From Ptychomitrium polyphyllum (taxonomy: Eukaryota): a stretch of DNA of 64,000 nucleotides. A program made the position numbers and the translations under genes. The stretch lies in assembly GCA_973851085.1 (NCBI GenBank), contig OZ316775.1, forward strand, positions 20,398,001 through 20,462,000. The letters run 5' to 3'. Under the pieces are notes generated by a model. The model saw only the letters and a list, made by a program, of their open reading frames with translations. It was not told the origin of the DNA and ran no database searches. Positions 50,701 through 64,000 of this stretch are shown here, in pieces; within the stretch, counting starts at the first letter, position 1, and each line of letters begins with the position of its first letter.

Positions 50701-53026
50701 CCAGCGCTCCACAGTTGGATGTCTGAGATCTACGCATCCTTCACAGAAATCAGTTCTGGGTACAGTGATTGCTGTTGGTAAGTTGAGATCACCCAAAAAT
50801 GGTTGTGATTGAAATCTCTTACATATTGAGTTCAAGTAGATCATGGTCCTAGAATTCATTATAGCTGAACAGATGAATATTTTTGGATCTTATGCACTCT
50901 TGGATGATTCTACCTTGCCACAAAAGGGCCATCTTACATCTTCTTCCACAACATATAAGGGAAGCAAAAATTTCAGCCTAAGATATGGATATGTTAAGCA
51001 AAGGATAATCTATAGGAAAAGATGGAAAAACATGAGAATAATGTTCAATAAAAGAGGGCTTTCCCGTGGAGCAACTCTTTGGTTGCCATTCCAAGAGCCC
51101 TACCCACGGGTCAATAAGAGAGGATTTTCATATAATGATTGTTCCTATATAGGCAGCCAATTCAATTTCTCATTTACCTTCAAACTCCTTCTCTTATGAA
51201 CAATAAAACAAGTAAAACCTTATGTCACCATCACTACAGTAGAACATCTCAACCATCTGGGTCAAATGCTCTATTATACACAGCAAAAGTTCAACACTAG
51301 GAGAGGAGGCACTGCTGTTCCAGCACAGGTCATCATAGTGAAGGTCATCCAGCTGAAGAATGATGTTCGGTGAGGTCATCCAGCTGGAGAATATTCGGCG
51401 TGCAGCTCTTCCGCCTCGCCCTCAACGAAAGAGAAGATGAATCATGAGGAGGCATCATTCGTGGCCAAGTACGGATGTCAGCAAGGCATGTTCACGCTAA
51501 GTGGGAATAATTGGCCATGAAAGCCACTAGAAGCCGAGAGTTTCACACGAAACTGCAGCTCCGGCGGGCGAAGGGATTTAGTGTTCATGTGGAACCATAT
51601 AATAATACACCACCCGGGATTCTCCCCAGCCGGAACGCGAGTTGCGTGGGATTCCGCTCCGTGACGTGGACGCTGACTTGGCGCTCCCGTACTGGCGCTC
51701 CTTGGATCGACCCTGGGCCTGCCTCGGAAGCAGCTCCTAAGCCTCGCCAAGCCCGGCATTCTCGCATCGCAGCGATGGCGACGAGCTCCGCCCCTTGCAT
51801 CTGAGACCGAAACCGCGTCGGGCAGCTTGAGGGCTTTCCTTCGGTACCGGCCTCGCTCGATTTGGTGCTCATTCGGCCCAGATGTCGCTTCTTGTTTATT
51901 GTTAGTAATCGGGCTCTGCTGTGTTTTTTTTAAGTGTTGAACTGTGTCAGTTTGACAGTGGCAGCTATGCTAGCTCTGCATGTCGAGGCAATGCGTCCAC
52001 TCGGTTAGGCTTTCTTTAGGCTCGTCAGCGATGTTGTGTCATGTTGATCTGTCATCTGGGAGGCAAGATGAGAGCAGGCTTGGCAGGAGTTCATGTGTGT
52101 TTGGTTGAGGTTATGGATCAGTTTGAGAACATATGCGGCGGCTACGGCGAGTGATTCTATGTCGTGCAGCTGAGCGTTGGTGGGTTTCTCGCGTGTCGGG
52201 TTAGGTAGAGCTCATGTGAGGTGTAGGGTTGTGTGAAGTTCAGCTCATTCCGGTGTTTTGTTCGTGCAACAGGCAAAACTATGTCGGAGCTCAACGTGAG
52301 CTTGTTTGGAATCGAGACTAGATGCCAACTTCGGAGGACAGTTTCAAGCGCGAGCGAGTGAGCGAGCTTGGTGGTTTTTGTTTTCCTTGATGGACACGGT
52401 TAGGGTGTGGCTGGTGATGCTCTAGGCGATGGTCTTGGTTTGTCATTCTGTTGTCTTCCACATTGAATGTACAGCACCTGAGATCTTATTGCTTTGTGTA
52501 ACGCCTGTGCAATCCTACTCTGTGAGAAATTTTTCACCAGTCGAGGGATTTCGCTATTTAGAATCTATGGGTTGAAGTAGCACGCCAGAGCTCCGAGTCA
52601 ACGGAAGGAAAACGGAAGAGGAGAGCTGCAGGGTAGTGATGATGTGGTTTGATGATGGGTACAATACCGTGGGTCAATTAGGTCTTGGACTGGTGGGTGA
52701 AGAAAATATTGATTTTCTGGCTTGGCGACACAGAAGTCGATGCATCAGAAGTTTTGTGAGCGGCTGGTGAATGTGCACTTACTGGCGCTCTCATTGGTAC
52801 TACCCGTGCACAGTGACTTTAGATATACTGATTGCCCGAAAGTCCGCCCCGGAAGCTGGAGCCTGATGACTTGTTTTTGCCCTACCTCTAACTAGCTCTG
52901 AGCATTGGACGGTGGGTGTAGTGTTTGATGGGTAGCACCACTGCTGCGACAACAGAGCGTGTCTGTCAACTGTTGGTGCAGGTCCTATAGAGGTAGAGCT
53001 ACGTCCCAGTTGAACCGCCCTAGGAA

Positions 53027-55212
53027 ATGATGATGCGCGGGTGCGAGTCGCCCACGCGCTCCCGGTTCTCTCGACGGGCTCTGAATGCTGCGGACGGAAT
53101 GAAGAAGCTGATGCAAGTGCCGTTCTCGTTGGCCACCATGGAGCGCAAGTGGCTGTCGCCGTTGCTCGCCAGTACGATGATCTCAATTGTGCTTCTCCTG
53201 GTCGCCACTCTTAGTCTGGGGTCTCGCAGCCATCGCCCTGTCATTGCAGTGAACACGGCGCGAGATTTTAGCCAGCCGCAGAACGTGCAGCAAATTACCG
53301 ATGAGGGGCCCATGGCCGGCCTGCCGCGGCCGCCCAAGTTTGCGTACTTGATATCAGGCACCTTGGGTGATGGTCTCCAGATGCAACGAACACTGCAAGC
53401 CTTGTACCACCCGCACAATTACTACCTTCTCCACTTGGATCTCGAAGCTCCTGAGCACGAGCGTATAGATTTAGCGCGGTTTGTGAAGAAAGAGCCCGTG
53501 TTTCAAGAGGCGAACAATGTGTTTGTGGTAGGGAAGGCGAATCTGGTGACGTACAAAGGACCGACGATGATCGCTGCGACGTTGCATGGGGCGGCTATCT
53601 TGCTCAGAAAGGCGAAAGACTGGGATTGGTTCATCAATCTGAGCGCCTCTGATTACCCTCTCATTACTCAAGATGGTGGGTAGTGTTCGTTCCATCTCTA
53701 ATTTCTGTAGTGTTGTGTGCCCATTTTCCTCCTCGCATTTCTTTCAGTGAAGTGTTTGAGGTGTTTGAAGTTTGGCAACCTGGCAGGATATGAATTGTGT
53801 AGAGTTTCTGGATTTGCCTGAAAGTTTCTTATGGCGGTGTTCTGGCTTTGATTCGGTGGTGCTATCGTTCAGTTTTGATTGAAGTTTTCTGATGTGAGAG
53901 CAGATCTTCTTCATGTTTTTTCGTACTTGCCGAAGGATCTCAATTTTATAGAGCACACGAGTGACATCGCTACCTGGAAAGAGTAAGCCGAACGTCTTTG
54001 TCTCTGGCCTGGAAAATTCTGGATTGTTGATGAACCAGATTTCATTTGAAATTTCGCTTCTTTCAAGGAGTGTACGTAGTAGGTTTGAGTACCGAATCTT
54101 GCTTTAGCTCTACGCTGGCTGTCTAAGTTACTTGATTCTTTCTTATGTTCACTTGTGCGGAACTTACAGGCTATGCGATTACTTTTTGCGAAGTTCTTGT
54201 TTCCAAGTATTCTAGGGTATGTTCGCTGTAGTTATTCCCGCGTTGAGTATATGGTAAACATCCGATGGTAAAATTCACTATCTGAATGACAATCTACGCA
54301 TTTGAATGAATGGCAGGGAACAGCGGGTAAAGCCAATTCTCATCGACCCTGGACTGTATCAGGACAAAAAAACTGATATCTACTGGATGACACAGAGGCG
54401 AGCTGTACCGACTTCATTTCGTTTGTTCACAGGTAAATCTCCTCATTCAGGTTTCCTTGTTTCTGAACTTTAGAATGAATTCTGGAATATCGCTACCGCT
54501 ACTGGGTTGCGGAGTTAGCTTTCCATGCACACAGCCGAGTTTATACTTTCCTATTGCAGTGGATATGGCATTCTTTTGCTTGCTTTATCACGCTTTTTGC
54601 AAGTTAGGTTTGTTTTGCTAACCATGGCACAGCCGTATGAGGAGGTTGGTACCTCGCAGGCATCATAACTGATGACTGTTTCTGGGTTTCTGGAAAACAG
54701 GCTCTGCATGGATTGCATTGACGCGCTCCTTCATGGAATATTGCAATTCTGGTTGGGACAATCTCCCACGTACACTACTCATGTATTACGCAAACTTTGT
54801 GTCATCGCCCGAAGGTTACTTTCACACCGTGATTTGCAATAGCCAGGAGTTTCGCAACACAACCGTAAACCATGACCTCCACTTCATTGCATGGGACAAT
54901 CCTCCCAAGCAACACCCACTGGCTCTTACCCTGGATTTCTATGACAACATGACCACGAGCGGTGCTGCATTCGCCCGGAAGTTCGGGAAGGGTGATCCAG
55001 TGCTCGATAAGATTGACAAAGAGATTCTGAAACGGGAGAAGAACAAATTAACTCCTGGTGGCTGGTGCGTTGGTACAGATAACGATCCATGTGCAGTTCG
55101 GGGAGAATACGCTTTGTTGAGACCTGGCCCAGGTGCTCGAAGGTTTGAAGAGCTTGTTGTTCGACTCCTGTCACCGCATAGCTTCCGATCGCAGCAATGT
55201 ATTCAAGTTTGA
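53027..55212 (+). CDS. GT14 family (core-2/I-branching) glycosyltransferase, GlcAT14-like beta-glucuronosyltransferase; exons 53027-53675, 53904-53982, 54317-54432, 54701-55212
   Basis: N-terminal TM segment; FAYLISG, LQALYHPHNYYLLHLD, DWDWFINLSASDYPLITQDDL, FTGSAW, SPEGYFHTVICN and FARKF motifs. GT-AG junctions preserve the frame. The start codon could be 53027, 53099 or 53138. Confidence 0.93.
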
Positions 55213-56027
55213 ACTGCCATCGACAGATAAGGCGCTTAACCATTGAATCCCTCTACAGTTCCTGTATGCAGCTTAGCGAAACCCAGCACTCTTTGGAAGT
55301 GCTTGCGGTGAGGACCGCACCTGCTTGCAATACTAGACTCACTCTTCACCTCGAAGATACCCAACTAGCTGCCTGAATAGGCACTAGTTTATGATTGTAG
55401 ACCGCGAGATACTTCAATGCTTATACCTTGTTCCCTTTCTTTATATTGTATCTTCACGTGATACAAGATACGAATAGCGTGTTTGATTGAAGAGATGTAA
55501 ATCCGTGGACAACGGTGTCAAAAGTCCATAGACCACAACAGTTTTGTTTTATACCCGCCGTGAAGTCTAAACAGGGTTGAAGGAGAGCATCCTTTGCAAA
55601 TGCTTTTTTCATGCTTCATGCGGCGGTCAAGAAGATGTCTCTGTTTTGTTCACTTCAGAGCGGGAGGAGATCTTGCAAGCAAGAACAGATGTATCCAAGG
55701 AAGTGCCCGGTGGGTTGTTGTATTGGAGTTTTAGCTATTCGTACAGGGCTTAGTCAAAGCGTGCAACAACCTGCTCTGCAAGATTCCGTGTTTATTTGAT
55801 ATGTGCATGTATTATATGCAAAGTTTAATGTCTCATGGAGCCTGTAGATGTACGTTCTGGTGGATTTACTTGTAGTCACACGGAGCATTTAGGTCTAAGT
55901 TTTTTTGGAGGGATATTCATATTCTCACGATTTGAAGCATGAGTTGTGGGCCTAGAGAATTTGAGAAACTCCTAGTATGCGACTTTTCAAGCTGACATAT
56001 AGGTATGCATAAGCCATTGCATAGAAC

Positions 56028-56146
56028 AATCTTCTTCTCTTTCTACAAAGCACCACATATTAATCTTCTTCTCTTTCTACAAAGCACCACATATTAATCT
56101 TCTCTTTCTACAAAGCATCACATATTAATCTCCTTCTCTTTCTACA
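56028..56146. repeat. 34-bp tandem repeat x~3.5
   Basis: Unit AATCTTCTTCTCTTTCTACAAAGCACCACATATT; the third copy has a 3-bp deletion. Confidence 0.9.
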
Positions 56147-58138
56147 ATATTTTGAGGTATAAAGTTTATCTAGAGTTTGGATGACTTCCTAGCACATTTC
56201 CTTGTAAAACTACTTCAAAGTTAAATTGAAATCCTGAGGCATTCTTTGGTTGTTGGAAGATCCATTATCTAAAATAATTGTAATTGGAGTTTTTTGTTTG
56301 TAACTAATTATTGTAGATATTTTAGGCAAAGACTTTTCTTGACCATTGCCTAATTTTGCATTTAGTACCATTTTTGTTATATTAATAGATGCGTTTTTAA
56401 AAAGTAATTTTTTTGGACAATTAATATAGTTCCTTCAATATAAAATAAACACATATGTACACTTCTTTCGATTATGAACAAATAATAAAAACTATTCATT
56501 AGATCAAGGTATTTTATAATCATTATTTTCTTTCTTGATTTATAATGGTATGTTAATAAATCTACTATTTTTCAACATTTGACATATTTAAATCATGGTC
56601 ACTTTTAGAAGGTTCTATGTGCATTTAACTTTCAAACAATAATCAAGTTTGAATTATTATTTTATCAACCTGTTGCATCATACATTAATTAACCAAGAAT
56701 TGCAAAAGAACACTTACATTCATTAGACTCAAATCTAATGATATTAATACACTAATCAATGATAAAATGAGGATTAAACCTACATGTTCACCAAACTTTA
56801 GAATGTAATGGAGAAGCAAGTTTTCTATAAAATTAACATTGTCCACCTATCTACTATGTTTTCAATACTTTTGAGAAGTCTAGTGGTCCTCCACATTGTA
56901 GTGGTTCATAGTAGCTTACAAAGATGACATGAAAGTGAATGAATTGAAAAGACTTAACTTTGAAGTAATGAAAAAGACGATATTAATGCAAACTTTTGAT
57001 AAATAGTAGGTTTAGTTTATGAAGCACATGTGAATAAGAAATGAATGGGCATGATGGAAACCCACCTTACGCCTACTGAAAACCAGCTCTGAAACAGAGC
57101 TAATCACCTCACGACTTATTTGCAACTGGTAGCAATGGAGTGGAAGAAACAAATGCAACAGTCAGACTGCCATTAGTTCTCAGGTCGGGAACCACTGTAC
57201 ATCATATGAAAGTGGGCTGATCGCATGCAGGACCAGAAGGAGAAGAGAGTGTTTCTTCCATTCTTTATAAGATCACCTTTCTCAGCCAATCACAATTTTC
57301 ACTCATAGTTGGACATGAGGGGATGTACTGTAGTACTCCAGAGGAGGGGGCGAGTGACATGAATTTGTGTCCAGTGTATTCATCCTCAAGTATTGAGCTT
57401 CTATTCATAATTTGACGGAGTACCATTTTGAAACACAGCTCAAGGCCCAAAAGTCTGTGTCTGAACAAAGTAGACGCAGGTCTGCTCTAAAGTCACAAGT
57501 GGTTCAAACTGGCTCAATTTTTTCCTCAATGGAAGTAGCGTATTTCATGGGCCTTAAAGTAGATGAAGAAAATCATTCAGGTCACATTGAGTAACTAAAT
57601 ACTCAAGGAGCCGGACATAGGTGATGGAAGACTTAACCAACGCAGAAATAGATTTTCAAATACGTCGAGTCCTTGTTTTGGAATATAGGGGCTCCAGGAA
57701 CAGCCTCTAAACCCTATCTGTTCCAGTTCCCAAGCCGCCAAAAAAGATCCATAAGCATAATGGACCGCTATCACCAATAGACACATAAAATCACACTCGA
57801 TCACCATGCGGATGTTGAATATGCTGCCATTCTGTCTTCTAATAACTCCTCTAGCTCTAAGATATGTGCAAAAATCACTCGTAATCCTCTCTGAAACAGC
57901 TCTCTTAAACTGAGTATCCAATAAAAAAAAACCATACATAATTACCTCAATATTAACACCTTATGGTTCCCATAGTTCCCCTCCCGTGCTCACTAGGTTT
58001 GTACTCAAAACCGTTTAGCTGAACGTATTCCATACAACAATAATCTCAGTGATAACCAGTAGGTCTAAATTTAGGATGCCCTCCGCTCATGACGAGAAGA
58101 CGACCATGATCGATCCATGACTGAACCGCCCTGCTCGT

Positions 58139-61052
58139 CTAGTAATCCTCATCATAACCATCGTACTCTCCATCTGACTGTTCGTCAAATGTGCGCATAT
58201 CCAGCTGATAACGCAAAATGCCTCCAATACCTCCAAAACCTCGACAAAACTGTGATCCTTCCTGTAAACCACGTGCACGAACACAATTCCCAAGGTAAGA
58301 CACACAACACTTCTAATTATTACATCCGGCTTGTGTCATGAGGTTAAGTAACAGAACAGAATTTTTTTAAAAGACTAATAAATCTCGTTCACTACAGCCT
58401 GTTGAATCTCTCAAAGCATCCCCTCGTTCACTCCACGCATCCCTTGGCATCGTAATATACCTGTGACTTATTCGTCACAAACTCTAGCGTGCAGCCAAAC
58501 CGCTTGTATTCGTTAGCAAACCACTCCAAAAGCGACAGCTTATCCTGAACCTCCAACTCTGCTTGAGTTTCAGGGTCTCTGTAGCTGGAATGAATAACAT
58601 AAAACAGTCAGATTATATCCATAATACTTTACATCAAACCATGAAATCACTGCTTGCATCGTGACTCGAAAACAACAAAAATTCATTAATAAAATGAGCC
58701 TACCTCTCCTGGACCCCTACCCAACACACCCAGGTTAAGCAAAAATATTAGAGCAAGGATTATGAAGTGGATGGCCTCCCTAATTGACTGAACTTAAGAC
58801 TAGTTGAGATAGAATGTCATTTATATTATATATTCATTAAGCTGCAGCAAGGTTCCTAGCCTTTCAAGAAGCTAGGTACATGTCTCAAGCAAATCACCAT
58901 GTTTAACCGCAATAGCCACTGCATAACTTCTTACTTTGATTGATCGACCTCCTGTTCTTTGCTCAAATGCTTGATCAGAATTTCCCCTGTCACTGCGTTC
59001 TTCAAAACGTATCGGTTCGTGTCTAGGTTCTCCCACACGATCAAAGTCTCCACGGCACCCATCTCCAGAGCCTTCAGCGTATCGTCGATCCCAAAGACGT
59101 ACTTTCCTGTATCCTGGCTGATCTCATCGAAGTACTTCCCTATCAATTTCTTCTCCTGGATGAACTTCACATTCGCAAGTATCTCCGCTGATAGCTCGAT
59201 AGCTTGGTTGAACCCGTTGTCTCCACCGTAGGAAACATCTACCACATTCAAAACCTTCGATTGCAAACGGGGGTCAAACATATCGGACTGACTAAGCTCT
59301 GTCTTGAAATCGGCTGAACCGGCAAGGATCAGGCCTGCATTGCACACAGCCAACCATTCAGGATGCTTCCATGCATGCATTGAATGCCTACACTATGAAC
59401 GCTAAGTCCAACATCTATGACAAGACACTCAATAGCCTGCCATCGAAAAAATACTGTGACTCACAAAATCAGCCCTACAGAACGAGAATCCAACAACTGA
59501 TCAAAAACATTAGGCACTTCACACACTGTCATGCAATTCATAACAAATAAACCAAGTTTCTGATCAAAATCCCTTGATCTACTCAAAATTTCGTAATCGG
59601 TCAACTCCCAATATAACATCCTATTAATTCGACATACCTGACACATTAGGCTGACTTGTCGCTGGATTGATGTAAAACTGGGTCGCCAGCTCTGCCGTTT
59701 TCCTCACGTAGTTGTGACGCTTCTCCATTCGCAACCTTGCAAAACGAAGCGCGGACTGCCCTCCACGACCGTGCTTCTTCGGCAGATCCACCGTGAACTT
59801 GTGCAGAACTTCTCGTGTGTTCCCACTTAGGGTGCCGAACAAAGTACCATTACCGTCCATAATAATGAACCCAAACTTGTCATCTGATTCCAACAGTTCA
59901 TTTAACGCTTCCGTGTGGAATTTGTTGTCGCAAAGGTACAGTGAAGCATTGATGGGCTTAAAGGGCTCGAAATCGATAGTTACCTAAAAGAAAACCATCT
60001 CAAATTCAGATCTTTTTCAGAAGACACTACTGACCTAATGATCAATAGTCACAGACAACAACCAATAAGGAACAAGAAATAGCACCTTCTTCTCCTTGCC
60101 ATCATCCGTGACAATTGTACCCGTGTACAACACAAGTCCATTGGGCGGCACTTTGTTGTACAGCTTCAATCTCTGCTGAGCAGATGTTATGGCTCCCAAC
60201 ACAGATTGCCTATTCACTCTATTCTTGATGTTGGACGCCGTTCCAAACTCGTCTCCAAGCATCTTTGTCACCCGAGAAACCTGATCCCTGAAACCGCCGC
60301 ATCATGCCACTCTTCAATCAACTACACTCTGGAAACGAGTACCAGAAATAAAAACCACAGAGAATTAGGACAACAGTTCTCGAAGATCCATCATAGACTA
60401 GGCACCCCACGTGTAGTCTGTGAGGTAATCTGTATGCAAATTTTCCCCAAAGCCGAAGACGCCTATTCTCGAGTAGTAAGAGTGTTCCTGGTCTATGATG
60501 ACATGCTAAGAATTTTTACTTAGAACTAAAAACCATATCACAATTCACAGATACCCCATGAACACAATTCCCCGATCTGCACCAAACACCAATCAACAAA
60601 ATCTTCCATAACCGAATCACTCTCAAACAACCACAGCATACCCCTAACATTCACAAACCTTCATGAAACCATGTACACACCCAAGGGCCAATTCCCATGG
60701 CTTCCTGCCGATCCAACACAAGCAGGTAGAGATTTCTAAAGCAAATCTCGTTTCGCTCTAGCCCTTCACTCTATAGACTGCCATAGCCACCAATAAAGAA
60801 ACCCTAATCGCTCCCAACCGAGGTCACAGAAGCGAACTCCACAATCTCTCACCAGAAACGCACAAAACTAACCCTTGCACCATCACAAGAGAACCAAAAG
60901 CCATCTCTTGAAGAAGCGAGGAAAAACCTGGGTGGCATGATGAGCGATATCATAGACGTGCCATTCCCCCGAGCTGACTCCAAGGCCTTGATGAGCTTCT
61001 TGATCTTCCATATCTCAATGTTCTTGTCGGTCTCTGCCCCGCTGTCCGACAT
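58139..61052 (-). CDS. eRF1: Eukaryotic peptide chain release factor 1; exons 61052-60928, 60287-60086, 59983-59638, 59334-58935, 58584-58461, 58261-58139; 439 aa
   Basis: [38 protein letters not shown] and [11 protein letters not shown] motifs. Six exons sum to 1320 nt in frame with GT-AG junctions. Confidence 0.97.
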
Positions 61053-64000
61053 CTCGCCTGGCTGCCCAACAGCGCACACAACCACGCAAGCTTTCTATCG
61101 ATCCACACTACACAATTGTCACAATTCTCTCCCTGCTACGCACAATCCACCACAACTACAGCAACAAGCGTGCTAAACAGAGCTCACAGCAAGAGCGTGA
61201 GTATTCGGAGCCGCTCACGGATCCTTATACCTAACTCCGTCACTGCACCCATAGCTGCAACTATCTTTCGAAATGTAGATCCTCCCGGCCAAATTCTAGG
61301 TTTTAAAGGTTTTTGATAGTTTTCAGGATACATCTCCCACAACCGGCTGTTAGGTTCATTCGTCAACTGATATCGAAAACCGTGACTGTAGAGACAAAGA
61401 AATATTATCTATGACTTTCATAGATCAGGATCACCTAGTTTATCGTTTGATGTAGAATTTGGTGGTTTTGTGGTGCTGAAACGCTTAGGTGAGGAAATTA
61501 CTGGAAAACGTTGGTGTATCTAATACCTACATTATCTACTGGTTTTGTACACTTTATGCATACTGTACAGCTCATGTAGATAGTCTCCAGCAATCAGAGA
61601 AGAGCTCGCGTTGTACAGAAAGTCGTACAATCGTGAATGTACGTAGTGGCAGCACTTTTCCTTTTAGGTTTCCATAAGAGAAACCTTATACTGTTGCCCC
61701 TCTTTAACATGACAAGTTTGGGAAGCAAGAAAATTGTTGTATTATTGAAATGTTGCATTTTTATTTATATGATATTTAGGGTATTTGGTGTTGTATTTTT
61801 GAGGTTTTCAAAATTTGACTAAAATAAGTAAATAAACATATAAGACTGCCTCCAAATACACACACTAAAGTTTCAAAAATGAATCTTTTTTATTCACATA
61901 GAACCATAACTTGACAAAAATTTGGAAATAATACCATTTGGAAAAATCACATAAAATAAGTGATACTTTTTTGAATGTTGACATTAAATGACAAGATTAC
62001 ATTTTTTTTTAAATGTATTAATACATAGAGTTTGAGAACTATCATCAACTTTTTGAGTTTATATAAGAATGTGCATTGTTTGATATATGCCATATTTAAA
62101 TTTAAAAATATGACACAATAACATTATTTATAATTGATGGTTTTAAATTTTTTTCTTATGCCAATAAGTTGATAAATGTGAAGCCAAAAAAAATAGTACT
62201 TAAATTAAACATGTTAATATTAATATTTAAAAAATCTAAAGTATGAAGTAATGAACACTAATAACAAAATTTTATTGTACATTTAAAAATATAATATCTA
62301 AAATTCTAATATATAGATACATTCATCATTTCAAAATTTACAACTTATTTTAAAAAAACCAATGCTAAATTGTTGACCTAAATTATATTCTATAGTTGAT
62401 TAATCTTCAAAAAATAAATCAATTGAACCATTAAACTCAAACTTCAAATAGAAAGTAGATAACGTAACATTTTATTAGCATCTTGATGCTAATGCCAAGC
62501 TAAAAAACCACCTAAAATAAATATTTAGTTAAATTATGGCATCTCCAAATTTTTGATCATTTGTAGAAGTTCCAAAGCAATTGCAATGCACAACAAGCAA
62601 AAACAAATCTATCTCCTTGTACCTTTGTTCTTTTGTTCTTCCAACTTCTATTTACATTTGTTTGCTTCTTCATCCCCTTTTGTCCTTGTTATATGTTCTC
62701 CTTCTTTGTCCTCATTATTTATCCCTCTTCTTCATCCCACTTCTTTGTCATCCCCATTTGATGTCCCCTTCTTTGTCGCCGTTCTTTGTCCCGTCCGCCC
62801 TCGTCCCGCTTCGTCTTTTTGGTTACGACCTCTATCCGCGCTCAGTCCGCCAACGTCACCTTGAGATTGAGCGTCACCAGGGCAGGACGTCCACATAGAA
62901 CCTGGGGACTGGATCCTAGAATGCAAAAGCCATGGAGTGATGGTGCAGCTACAGGTTACAGAGGATGGATGAGGGCAGGGAACGCGATCGATGGACGAAG
63001 TAGATAAGGACGAATGAGTTGGGAGCATCACGCTTCTGAGTCCAGCCACCAGAAAGCCGCCGGGGTTGCATGTTGAAGGAATGTTAGCGAAAGCAGAAAT
63101 CGAATTCCAAAGGCGTGGACTCGCAGATGGAAAAGCCCCGAGACTTGGGAAGTCAACTTTCAAACATTGTGGGCTCATTTCTTTCCGTCGCTAGAGTTAG
63201 AAGCTAGACTTAAGCTCCTTTCCAGCTTCATGTGATGTCAGGGTTTCTTTGATATTGATTCCTCTCTACCTTAGTCGATCGTTTCGCAGGATTTCTTGCA
63301 GATCGACTCACCTCTACCGCTAGCTGGGCACATGCTGCGGTCGGTCCTGTGGATATGTTTAGAGTTTTCTAGACGAGTACCGGTAGCAGAAGGCTGGATC
63401 CTGTGCAGTTTTGTAGCTGCTTGGATGGTTTAACTGGAGTTGTTCCCAACTGTAAGACTTAGAGCTATGTTCAACAAGAAGAATCGAAGTACTGCTTCGT
63501 CTCTGATTCAAACAGGTAGCTTGAAGCTGACTGCCTCATTGTTGTCTTTGATTGATCAAAAAGTATAAGTCAGTCAGCAAGCAGATTTTACTTGGACATG
63601 TCTGGGGAGTTGTCGAGTTTGCATCAGGCTTTGCATTGGACCAGGTCTTGCGAATATTGGTGTGTGGTCTTGCGTTCGTTAACTTTATCGAACGTAGAAG
63701 GCCACAGTGACATACATTCCAGAGCGTTTGTGTGTATGTCCGTCAGAGAAAGAGTCGTGTTTGTTTGATTGATTGTTATCGACGGACTCTGGTTTTTCTC
63801 TTACCAGAACATGTCTTTCTCTTTGCGGCCTCGGCTATGGCCGGTTGCATAGCCTTTACATGCCTTTGTATAGCCTAACCCTTCTTGTGTTTTTGTGAAT
63901 GTGCATTAACAGAGGAAGTGTAAGCTGTCAATATTGCAAAAGGGAGGTAGTTAGAGGCATTTTCATTTTGCAGTTCTTTTGCATCATTGACTGCAGCCAT

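Noticed and set aside
51478..51872. GC-rich short ORFs upstream of the GT14 gene, including a possible uORF MATSSAPCI
   Set aside because: Most likely promoter or 5'-UTR of GT14; no conservation evidence is available.
62700..64000. GC-richer region with splice-like signals, possibly the 5' end of a gene continuing past the window
   Set aside because: No identifiable coding sequence, and the exon structure cannot be fixed.

Overview
Eukaryotic plant genomic DNA, most consistent with a moss: GC-rich, intron-containing gene islands lie in very AT-rich, TE-derived spacers. The organism is inferred, not established. (1) 1-14.9 kb holds three nested, decayed Ty3/gypsy chromoviruses. Element B sits in the 3' LTR of element A, and element C is inserted inverted in the 3' LTR of B with a CATTC target-site duplication. 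They show a Tf1-type self-priming site, a -1 frameshift signal and a candidate extra ORF. A 5.35-kb stretch of C appears identical to B next to a 100-N gap and may be an assembly artefact. (2) 19-35 kb is a UDP-rhamnose synthesis array of two stand-alone epimerase/reductase (NRS/ER) genes and one trifunctional RHM gene. The RHM C-terminal domain, intron included, is nearly nucleotide-identical to the NRS/ER genes, which points to domain-limited gene conversion. A decayed Tc1-type (DD34E) transposon lies between the two NRS/ER copies. (3) 39-64 kb has two solo LTRs, an unprocessed dihydroorotate dehydrogenase pseudogene, a GT14 glycosyltransferase and an eRF1 gene whose NIKS motif reads NIKN. 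I cannot claim a wholly new biological system. The best leads are the RHM/NRS-ER homogenisation, the retrotransposon extra ORF and the eRF1 variant.
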